A stretch of 64,000 bases of DNA from Dipteris shenzhenensis (taxonomy: Eukaryota): the NCBI GenBank assembly GCA_047967505.1, contig CM106538.1. One strand, given 5' to 3'. Made by a program: the position numbers and the translations under genes. Below, piece after piece: positions 1 through 11,310 of the stretch. The number at the start of each line of letters is the position of its first letter. The first letter of the stretch is position 1. The notes under the pieces are model-generated. The model had not been told where the DNA came from and made no database searches. It was given only the letters and a program-made list of their open reading frames with translations.

Positions 1-1527
1 GATGGTGGTATTCCTGAAGAGGCATGGAGTGGCAAGAAGCCCTCTTACTCTCATTTGCGTATATTTGGGTGTGAGGCATATGCACGTGTGCCAAAAGAGC
101 TTCGAAAGAAGCTAGATCCTAAGTCTAGGAAATGCATCTTTCTAGGTTATGGTGAAAGTGGAGAGATGGGCTATCGTCTCTGGGATCCAGAAGCAAAGAA
201 GATCATACGCAGCCATGATGTGGTCTTCAATGAGAAGAAGATGCATAAGGCACCCATGAGGGATGTGGAAATGAGGAGAATCACTTTCCAGGATGTGAAT
301 CCACCTGCATATGTTGATAGACAGCAAGCTGTCCATGCACCAAATGTGCAAGAAATGGTACCACCAAGTACTCCCACAGGTATACAATCAAGGGTAGATG
401 ATGGATCATCTATTGGTGGAAATGATGAGCCAAATATGGCTAATATGCAAGTGGGACAGCAAGCTGAAATGCCATTGAGAAGATCATCTAGAGTGTCTAG
501 ACCGCCTGATAGGTATGTTCCAGGGGTAAGACTATGTGATGCTTACTGATTGCGAGGAGCCTTCTTGCTACAAAGAGGCTATGATGCGTGAGGATCAACG
601 CAAGTGGGAGTATGCTATGCAATCAAAGATGAGTTCACTTATGAAGAATAAGACTTGGGACTTGGTTTCTTTGCCACATGGAAAGAAACCATTGCCATGT
701 AAATGGGTCTACAAAATGAAGGTCACAGGTGATGATGTGCCTAGGTACAAGGCCCGTTTGGTTTCAATATGGAGGGGGGGAAGGCAGTGAGTACTCCATT
801 GCCTCCATATGTGAAACTGAGTCATACAGATAGTCCCAAATCAGATGAGGAGAGGGCCATGATGGCCAAGGTTCCTTATGCATCAGCAGTTGGGAGTCTT
901 ATGTATGCTATGATAGCTACTAGACCAGACATTGCATTTGCAGTGGGAGTTGTTAGCCGGTATATGGCTAATCCAGGAAAGAGGCATTGGGAGGCAGTTA
1001 AGTGCATCATGAGGTACATGAAGGGTACCAAGGAGATGTGCATTTGCTTTGGTAAAGGAGACATGCGTGTACTTGGGTACACAGATTCAGACTATGCAGG
1101 GCATGTGGATAGTAGGAGATCCACTTCCGGTTATGTGTTCACCTTTGCAGGTGGTGCAGTGTTGTGGATGTCTCGTGCACAGAAGTGCATTGCTTTGTCT
1201 ACCACAGAGGCTGAGTATGTTGCAGCCACAGAGGGTTGCAAGGAGGCTATATGGCTTGATCGGCTAGTGGGAGATTTGGGGATTCATACAGGTGTACCGA
1301 CATTGCATAGTGATTCCATGAGTGCTATTCAGCTAGCACGGAATCCGATCTTTCATGCAAAGACCAAACACATTGAGGTCAGGTACCATTTCATCAGGGA
1401 GGTACTTGAGGACAAGCGCATAGAGCTTGTCAAGGTTCATACAGATGATAACCCTGCAGATATGCTGACGAAGAGTCTACCTAGTCAGCGGTTTGAGTAT
1501 TGTCGTGTATTGATGGGCATTGGATAG
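1..1527 (+). mobile_element. Ty1/copia pol remnant: integrase C-terminus, start of RT, RT C-terminus/RNase H; frameshifted, with an internal deletion
   Basis: Motifs RIFGCEAY, KLDPKSRKCIFLGY, WDLV..P...KPLPCKWVYK, RYKARLV, YASAVGSLMY, GYTDSDYAG, SRRSTSGY, ALSTTEAEY, HAKTKHIEVRYHF and NPADMLTK. At about 760 the sequence jumps from KARLV to (F)NMEGGKAVSTP, so the RT catalytic core is missing. Confidence 0.95.
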
Positions 1528-1569
1528 TATGCTCACTGGTTGTTCTCCCTTAAAGGCACATTGTCCTTT

Positions 1570-1758
1570 AAGTGGGAGGTTGTGGGGGTTAAAGGTCACT
1601 GTGCCTTAACCCCAGTTATGTACAATACTCAAACACATATATAAATGAATGAAAAAGAAGATTAGGGTGGTTCTGCACCCACCAAAACTTGTGTGGCTCT
1701 CTGTCTCTCTCTCTCGCTCTCTCTCCCTCTTCCGTTCTTGCTTCCGTTGAGAGCACTC
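1570..1758 (+). repeat. Polypurine tract and truncated 3' LTR of the first copia element
   Basis: AAGTGGGAGG PPT, then a TG start at 1581, a TATA-like ATATAAAT and a CT-rich tract. It ends abruptly against the minus-strand gene. Confidence 0.6.
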
Positions 1759-4422
1759 TCACTCCTTGATGATGCCATGCTTCACAACCGCCTCTTTTCC
1801 ATACTCATCACCCTCATCAGAATAAAGAATATTGTCCTCAATTATTGTGTATGGCCTTGTGATTTCTAACATGTGCTCAAATCCATCAAACCCATCATGT
1901 GAGCTGACAAATGACAAAAAACAGAAGGTCTCAGACAAACCCTTTTGTGCTTTATCCGATTCATGGATAACACCCACAAACCTTCTATGCCAAAATCGAG
2001 CCTCTATCATTGCTTCCTTGAGATTTACCATCTCTGTCATTGTCATAAATGATAGCAATACATACTGTGACGGAGTGGCAACGGTCTCCATCAAGCCACA
2101 GAGCAACTTCTTAAAGGCAGCCTTATCCCAACACATGCCTTTGGCAGATCCCTCTGAGGTGTCAAGCACACACAAGCTGATTGGAAGTTGTCCCTTGGAG
2201 TGACGTGTTAGAAAGCTCTCCCCCTCCATCTCCATGTTCACTTGAATAATTGTCCAAGGAAAACAAGACTGCGATGTAGACTTGTTACCCTCTATTGAAC
2301 TAATCACCCAATCAACATAGATTGATGCGGCTTTTGGGAAATCAGGTGTGGACTTGCCAACTTGCAGCTTCTCTTTGACCCATGACTCACATGAACCCTT
2401 GAAGCTCTGATAAACAATTGAATCAATTTTGAAGTAAGTTGCAAGGGCATCCCATGTTTGATGTTGGGGCGAAGGGTGACGTGAGTTGAACTCCTTGATG
2501 AGCGCTTCTTTCAGGGCTCTATCATGCTTAATCTCCATTGCCCGTTGAGACATTTCAATGGAGTCCTTGTCTTTGCTTGACTTGACCAAGACTATTTCTT
2601 TAGACTCAATCTCTACTTGAAGTGCACGTACATCTTCGTCTTCCAATCCTAGCAAACACCTCATATATGTTATTGTGGGATTTCGACCCTCAAGATCACC
2701 CTGCTTCACCAATGTCAAAATCCTAATCCATTGTTCGTAGATGTCATCATCATATGTGACCATGTGTGTGTCCTTGGTAGCAAAGTTTGCGCCCATCGAT
2801 ACGCTTGCAACTCCTACAAAATTCTATATAAAAAAATCAAAATCATCTTAGACATTCTTCTAATCCAAATCATGTAATAGAGATAATAATGACACTAGTG
2901 CGATTCTCCCATTACCATGTCAAAAGGATGACTTGGTAACTAGAAGAATGGCACTAGTGCCATTCTCACATCAGGGAATTGACACTACTATCATTTCTTT
3001 TACAAAGCCATGAACATTCTTGAAATAAAAAATGCATACAAAACAAAGTTTATTACTTACATCCCAACTTTGTCGATCTTTATGCCCTTTGACAAGGCCT
3101 TGGGCTGGTTTCTTTGGTCGTCCGAATGCAATCCACTGTGCCCTTAGGTGTTGTAAGATATCGATATATGGTTGATTTTTCAAAATGGTCTGTGCCTCCA
3201 TGTTGGCCATTGATGATATCTTACAACTTGCTTCAACTGGTGCATTGACAACAATTCTCGCCTTCCTCCGTGTATAGAAACCTTTTCGTTGATTGAAGGC
3301 TTCTCCATGTGCTTTAGTTATAAATATCCTTGCAGCATAAATCGAATGCTGCCCTGCGAGAATCCAATAATTATACTCCTTTAACTTTTCCACCTTTATC
3401 TCTTCCTTGCACATCGGAGTATTTGTGCCTATGTGGTAAGGCATAAGATATGCACATGTTGCAGGAGGTCGTGCATTCATTGCAAAACTCTTGACCAAGT
3501 CACTGACACAGCTGAGGGTCAACGTCCTGTACACATATTGGCTTGGTGCTCTAAAGCAATTCATCACTGGGATCAACACCTCAAACTCCAAACCAAATGG
3601 GAAGTACTCTACGTACTCCATCAAGCCTGTCATACTTGTGTCCTTCCTTTCCAATTTCTTTTGTAGTGCCTTAAAGTCAACATCTGGCTGGATTTTCTTA
3701 TACAAGATGATAGTTGCTTCAGATGATTTCTCACCATGTCCTGTTATATGTGTCTCACCACTCCCCGTTGCATCACCTCCACTTCCAATTCCATCAGTGA
3801 CTATTCCCGTACCTCCCTGTTTTCCTCCTAAAGTTGTCTCTTTGTCTTTAGCATCCAGTTTATCCCCAATGCTTGTTTTTCCATCTGACCTTATTTCCTT
3901 CTCACCTATTGTTTCCTCCTCACCGGTCTCTCTAGCCTTCTCTTTCAATGTGTTCTGAGACACTTGAGAGCTTGATCCAACAACATCACTTTTCTTGGTT
4001 CTTTTCGAAACTTTTCTACTCTTTTTTATATCTTGCTTTATCCCTTTTGTTACCAAATCAAAGCTTTCTAATATTTGTTGGTTGGTATAATTTTCTGGCT
4101 CATTAATCCAACCCCTAGATATCATCGTGTCCTCCCCAGTAGCATTCATCCTCGCATGATCAAAACAAGTAGGATCCAATTGATACACATTGCCTCCCAA
4201 TGTATGAATTTCGAGACAAGGAACATTGTCTTTCTCGGTATCCTCCATCTCTTGAACTTGTCCAACATCTTCAAAAGTTTTTCCTTGGATGTTCACAAAA
4301 CAATGCACTTTATGAAGTTTTTGGAGTTCGTTATTGTATATATCCAAAAACCATCCTCTTCCAGAACTAACTCCATCATAAACTGACACCTCTCGAACCT
4401 TTCTCTTTCCCTTGCTAGCCAT
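1759..4422 (-). CDS. Two-exon uncharacterised protein (~808 aa) with a ParB/Srx-like N-terminal/central domain and a degenerate amino-methyltransferase-like C-terminal domain; probably 3'-truncated
   Basis: Exon 1 is 4422-3061 and ends QSWD|gtaagt. Intron 3060-2824 ends tatag. Exon 2 is 2823-1759 and continues in phase 0 as NFVGVASVSMGANF. There are no internal stops. Motif YWILAGQHSIYAA is preceded by YVYRTL and followed by RKARIV. The stop codon coincides with the copia LTR junction. Confidence 0.7.
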
Positions 4423-4599
4423 TCTTGCAATGTTCTGTTAACAAAAGAACCAAGGACACAATGAAATGTATAATAGAAAATCATAACTGTAGTAGGGAAT
4501 ATTACAACCACAATGCAACTTCTATTAACAAAATAACCAAGGAGAAGCAACTTATATATGCATTATGAAAAACTACACCAACAAAGCAAGCAAATATAC

Positions 4600-7500
4600 A
4601 CAATATCAATCTCCACATAGATTGACACAATTCCATATGATCTCTACACAGCGGAGACAGTGAACACTACATAGAAGAATGCACATGTGAGTTTAGCATT
4701 CCTTGTGCATGTTTTCAGGTCATGGTATGAGATTGGCACCACTGCCATTCTCCACTGGTGGCATTCTCCACAGAGATTGACACAGGCTTCTCAATGCCAT
4801 TTCTTAGGGCCTAATAAGAGATTGGCACCACTACCATTCTCCACTTGTACAGATGTTTACCCTACTATTCTAGGAGGGGTATTCCAATGATCATAGGAGA
4901 GTGGTGTCTGATTCCAATCCACATGTGAGCGGAGACAGTGATCACTACATAGAAGAATGCACATGTGAGTTTAGGCTTCTCAATGCCATTTCTTAGGGCC
5001 AGCATGAGTTTGGCATCACTGCCATTCTGCGCTAGTGAATATCTAGCCAAACTAAACCTATAGATTGACATTCCACTAATTTTATTGGTCGGAGTAGGAT
5101 AATGGCAAAAGTGGCAATGCACATGTGAGTTTAGGATTCCTTGTGCATGTTTTCAGGTCATGGTATGAGATTGGCACCGCTGCCATTCTCCACTGGTGGC
5201 ATTCTCCACAGAGATTGACACAATTCTATATGATCTCTACACAGTGGAGACAGTGATCACTACACAGTGGAGACAGTGATCACTACATAGAAGAATGCAC
5301 ATTACCACTAGCGAAGAATGGCAGTGGGATAATGGCAAAAGTGCCAATGCACATGTGAGCTTAGGATTCCTTGTGCCAATGCACATGTGAGTTTAGGCTT
5401 CCCAATGCCATTTCTTAGGGCCTAATAAGAGATTGGCACCACTGCCATTCTCCACTTGTACAAATGTTTACCCTACTATTCTAAGTTTAGGCTTCACAAT
5501 GCCATTGTCTAGGGCCCAATAAGAGATTGGCACCACTGCCAATCTCCGCTTGTACAAATGTTTACCCTAATATTCTGAGAGGGGTATTCCAAGGATCATA
5601 GGATAATGGTGCCCGATTCCAATCCACATGTGAGTTTGAGGATCTCAGTGTCATTATGTAGTTATTTGCATGAGATTGGCATCACTTCCATTTTCCACTG
5701 GTGGCAGTCTAGATAAACTAAACTTGTATATTGACATTCCACAAATTTTATTGGTTGTAGTAGTATAATTGCAAAAGTGCCAATGCACATGTGAGTTTAG
5801 GATTCCTTGTGCCATTTTTAAGGTCTTGGTATGCTACCATTCTCCACTGGTGGCATTCTCCACAGAGATTGACATTCCAAGGCCTAATTTGACACAATTC
5901 CATATGATCTCTACACAACGGAGACAGTGATCACTACATAGAAGAATGCACATGTGAGTTTAGGCTTCTCAATGCCATTTATTAGGGCCTAATAAGAGAT
6001 TGGCACCACTGCCATTCTCCACTTGTACAAATGTCTACCCTACTATTCTAGGAGGGGTATTCCAGTGATCATAGGAGAGTGGTGTCCTATTCCATTCCAC
6101 ATGTGAGTGATGATGATCTCAGAGATTGACACAATTCCATATGATCTCTACACAGTGGAGACAGTCATCACTCCATAGAAGAATGCACATGTGAGTTTAG
6201 GATTCCTTGTGCATGTTTTCAGGTCATGGTATGAGATTGGCACCACTGCCATTCTCCACTGGTTGCATTCTCCACAGACATTGACATAATTCCATATGAT
6301 CTCTACACAGTGGAGACAAGGATCACTACATAGAAGAATGCAAAGGTGAGTTTAGGCTTCTCAATGCCATTTCTTAGGGCCTAACAAGAGATTGGCACCA
6401 CTGCCATTCTCCACTTGTACAAATGTTTACCCTACTATTCTAAGAGGGGTATTCCAGTGATCATAGGAGAGTGGTGTCCTATTCCATTCCACATGTGAGT
6501 TTGATGATCTCAGTGTCATAGTGTAGTTGCAAGCATGAGATTGGCATCACTGCCATTCTCCGCTAGTGGTAATCTAGACAAACTGAACCTATAGATTGAC
6601 ATTCCACTACATTGAAGGATGCACATTACCACTAGCGGAGAATGGCAGTAGGATAATGGCAAAAGTGCCAATGGACATGTGAGTTTAGGATTCCTTGTGC
6701 ATGTTTTCAGGTCATGGTATGAGATTGGCACCACTGCCATTCTCCACTGGTGGCATTCTCCACAGAGATTGGCACAAATCCATATGATCTCTACACAGCG
6801 GAGAGAGTGATCACTACATAGAAGAATGCACATTACCACTAGCGGAGAATGGCAGTAGGATAATGGCAAAAGTGCCAATGCACATGTGAGTTTAGGATTC
6901 CTTGTGCATGTTTTCAGGTCATGGTATGAGATTGGCACCACTGCCATTCTCCACTGGTGGCATTCTCCACAGAGATTGGCACAATTCCATATGATCTCTA
7001 CACATGTGAGTTTAGCCTTCTCAATGACATTTCTTAGGGCCTAATAAGAGATTGGCACCACTGCCATTCTTCACTTGTACAAATGTTTACCCTACTATAC
7101 TAGGAGGGGTATTCCAGTGATCATAGGAGAGTGGTGTCCGATTCCAATCCACATGTGAGTTTGATGAACTCAGAGATTGACACAATTCCATATGATCTCT
7201 ACACAGCGGAGACAGTGATCTCTACATAGAAGAATGCACATGTGAGTTTAGGATTCCTTGTGCATGTTTGCAGGTCATGGTATGAGATTGGCACCAGTAC
7301 CATTCTCCACTGTTGGCATTCTCCACAGAGATTAACATAATTCCATATGATCTCTACACAGCGGAGACAGTGACCACTACATAGAAGAATGCACATGTGA
7401 GTTTAGGCTTCTCAATGCCATTTCTTAGGGCCTAATAAGAGATTGGCACCACTACCATTCTCTTGTACAAATGTTTACCCTACTATTCTAGGAGGGGTAT

Positions 7501-10500
7501 TCCAATGATCATAGAAGACTGGTGTCCAATTCCAATCCACATGTGAGTTTGATGATCTCAGTATCATTATGTAGGTGCCACCATGAGTTTGGCATCATTG
7601 CCATTCTCCACTAGTGGTTGTCTAGACAAACTAAACCTATAGATTGACATTCCAAGGCCTAATAAGAGATTGACACAATTCCATATGATCTCTACACAGC
7701 GGAGACAGTGATCACTACATAGAAGAATGCACATGTGAGTTTAGGCTTCTCAATGCCATTTATTAGGGCCTAATAAGAGATTGGCACCAATGCCATTCTC
7801 CACTTGTACAAATGTCTACCCTACTATTCTAGGAGGGGTATTCTAGTGATCATAGGAGAGTGGTGTCCTATTCCATTCCACATGTGAGTGATGATGATCT
7901 CAGAGATTGACACAATTCCTCCACAATTCCATATGATATCTACACAGTGGAGACAGTCATCACTCCATAGAAGAATGCACATGTGAGTTTAGGATTCCTT
8001 GTGCATGTTTTCAGGTCATGGTATGAGATTGGCACCACTGCCATTCTCCACTGGTGGCATTCTCCACAGACATTGACACAATTCCATATGATCTCTACAC
8101 AGCGGAGACAAGGATCACTACATAGAAGAATGCACATGTGAGTTTAGGCTTCTGAATGCCATTTCTTAGGGCCTAACAAGAGATTGGCACCATTGCCATT
8201 CTCCACTTGTACAAATGTTTACCCTACTATTCTAGGAGGGGTATTCCAGTGATCATAGGAGAGTGGTGTCCTATTCCATTGCACATGTGAGTGATGATGA
8301 TCTCAGAGATTGACACAATTCCATTTGATCTCTACATAGCGGAGACAGTCATCACTCCATAGAAGAATGCACATGTGAGTTTAGGATTCCTTGTGCATGT
8401 TTTCAGGTCATGGTATGAGATTGGCACCACTGCCATTCTCCACTGGTGGCATTCTCCACAGAGATTGACACAATTCCATATGATCTCTACACAGCGGAGA
8501 CAGTGATCACTACATAGAAGAATGCACATGTGAGTTTAGGCTTCTCAATGCCATTTCTTAGGGCCTAATAAGAGATTGGCACCACTGCCATTCTCCACTT
8601 ATACAAATGTTTACCCTACTATTCTAGGAGGGGTATTCCAGTGATCATAGGAGAGTGGTGTCCTATTCCATTCCACATGTGAGTGATGATGATCTCAGAG
8701 ATTGACACAATTCCATATGATCTCTACATAGTGGAGACAGTCATCACTCCATAGAAGAATGCACATGTGAGTTTAGGATTCCTTGTGCATGTTTTCAGGT
8801 CATGGTATGAGATTGGCACCACTGCCATTCTCCACTGGTGACATTCTCCACATAGATTGACACAATTCCATATGATCTCTGTACATGTGAGTTTAGGCTT
8901 CTCAATGCCATTTCTTAGGGCCTAATAAGAGATTGGCACCACGGCCATTCTCCAATTGTACAAATGTTTAGCCTACTATTCTAGGAGGGGTATTCTAATG
9001 ATCATAGCAGAGTGGTGTCCTATTCCATTCTACATGTGAGTTTGATGATCTCAGTGTCATCATGTAGTTGCAAGCATGAGATTGGCACCACTGCCATTCT
9101 CTGCTAGTAGTAGTCTAGACAGACTGAACCTATAGATTGACATTCCACTAATTTTATTGGCTGCAGTAGGATAATGGCAAAAGTGCCAATGCACATGTGA
9201 TTTTAGGATTCCTTGTGCATGTTATCAGGTCATGGTATGAGATTGGCACCACTGCCATTCTCAACTGGTGGCATTCTCCAAAGAGATTGACACAATTCCA
9301 TATGATCTCTACACAGCGGAGACAGTGATGACTACATAGAAGGATGCACATGTGATTTTAGGCTTCTCAATGCCATTTCTTAGGCCCTAATAAGAGATTG
9401 GCACCACTGCCATTCTCCACTTGCACAAATGTTTACCCTACTATTCTAGGAGGGGTATTCCAATCATCATAGGAGAGTGGTGTCCGATTCCAACCCACAT
9501 GTGAGTCTGATGATCTCAGTGTCATTATGTAGGTGCCACCATGAGTTTGGCATCACTGCCATTTTCCACTACTGGTTGTCTAGACAAACTAAACCTATAG
9601 ATTGACATTCCACTACATAGAAGAATGCACATTACCACTAGCGGAGAATGGCAGTAGGATAATGGCAAAGTGCCAATGCACATGTGAGATTAGCACCACT
9701 GCCATTCTCCACTGGTGGCATTCTCCACATAGATTGACACAATTCCATGTGATCTCTGCACATGTGAATTTAGGCTTCTCAATGCCATTTCTTAGGGCCT
9801 AATAAGAGACTGGCACCACTGCCATTCTCCACTTGTACAAATGTTTACCCTACTATTCCAGGAGGGGTATTCCAGTGATCATAGGAGAGTGGTGTCCTAT
9901 TCCATTCCACATGTGAGTTTGATGATCTTAGTGTCATAATGTAGTTGCAAGCATGAGATTGGCATCACTGCCATTCTCCGCTAGTGGTAATCTAGACAAA
10001 CTGAACCTATAGATTGACATTCCACTACATTGAAGGATGCACATTACCACTAGCGGAGAATGGCAGTAGAATAATGGCAAAAGTGCCAATGCACATGTGA
10101 GTTTAGGATTCCTTGTGCATGTTTTCAGGTCATGGTATGAGATTGGCACCACTGCCATTCTCCACTGGTGGCATTCTCCACAGAGATTGGCACAAATCCA
10201 TATGATCTCTACATAGCAGAGAGAGTGATCACTACATAGAAGAATGCACATTACCACTAGTGGAGAATGGCAGTAGGATAATGGCAAAAGTGCCAATGCA
10301 CATGTGAGTTTAGGATTCCTTGTGCATGTTTTCAGGTCATGGTATGAGATTGGCACCACTGCCATTCTCCACTGGTGGCATTCTCCACAGAGATTGGCAC
10401 AATTCCATATGATCTCTGCACAGCGGAGAGAGTGATCATTACATAGAAGAATGCACATTACCACTAGCGGAGAATGGCAATAGGATAATGGCAAAAGTGC

Positions 10501-10960
10501 CAATGCACATGTGAGTTTAGGATTCCTTGTGCATGTTTTCAGGTCATGGTATGAGATTGGCACCACTACCATTCTCCACTGATGGCATTCTCCACAGAGA
10601 TTGGCACAATTCCATATGATCTCTGCACATGTGAGTTTGATGGTCTTAGTGTCATTATGCATTTGCTAGCATGAGATTGGCATCACTGCCATTCTCCACT
10701 AGTGGTAATCTAGACAAACTAAACCTGTAGGTTGACATTGGACACTATATTTATTGGCTCTAGTAGGATTATTTATTGGCTGTAGTGTGAGTTTGATGAT
10801 CTCATTGTCATTATGTAGTTGCCAGCGTGAGATTGGCATCACTGCCATTCTCCATTAGTGGTAGTGCCAATGCACATGTGAGTTTAGGATTCCTTGTGCA
10901 TGTGAGTTTAGGCTTCTCAATGACATTTCTTAGGGCCTAATAAGAGATTGGCACCACTAT
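4600..10960. repeat. Modular tandem repeat (satellite) of about 5 shuffled 60-160-bp modules, with local periods of ~207 bp and ~380 bp
   Basis: Dozens of copies of GAGATTGGCACCACTGCCATTCTCCAC, GCACATGTGAGTTTAG, GAGATTGACACAATTCCATATGATCTCTACAC and TACTATTCTAGGAGGGGTATTCC. The 69-aa periodicity of ORF 9934-10662 reflects the 207-bp unit. Confidence 0.97.
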
Positions 10961-11310
10961 TCTAGGAGGGGTATTCCATTGTGAATCCAAAATTTTGAAT
11001 TAGGACATTCCATTGGGAGAATGGCACTAGTGCCATTCTCCATTTCCCAATGGGAGAATGGCACTAGTACCAATTTTGAATTAGGACATTCCATTGTGAA
11101 TCCAAAATTTTGAATTAGGACATTCCATTGGGAGAATGGCACTAGTGCCATTCTCCATTTTCCAATGGGAGAATGGTACTTGTACAAATTTTGAATTAGG
11201 ACATTCCATTGTGAATCCAAAATTTGGAATTAGGACATTCCATTGGGATAATGGCACTAGTGCCATTCTCCATTTTCCAATGGGAGAATGGCACTAGTGC
11301 CAGTCTCCAT
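10961..11310. repeat. Palindrome-rich terminal sub-array of the satellite
   Basis: Repeats of TTTGAATTAGGACATTCCATTG alternate with the perfect 26-bp palindrome GGAGAATGGCACTAGTGCCATTCTCC (11016-11041, and again near 11131). Confidence 0.9.

Noticed and set aside
4687-11266. Cys/His-rich repetitive ORFs (e.g. 9934-10662) resembling zinc-finger or metallothionein proteins
   Set aside because: They are translations of the satellite; frames open and close with module order.
4600-11310. CRISPR-like array
   Set aside because: Sequences between the recurring motifs are themselves repeated modules, not unique spacers; there are no cas genes and the context is eukaryotic.
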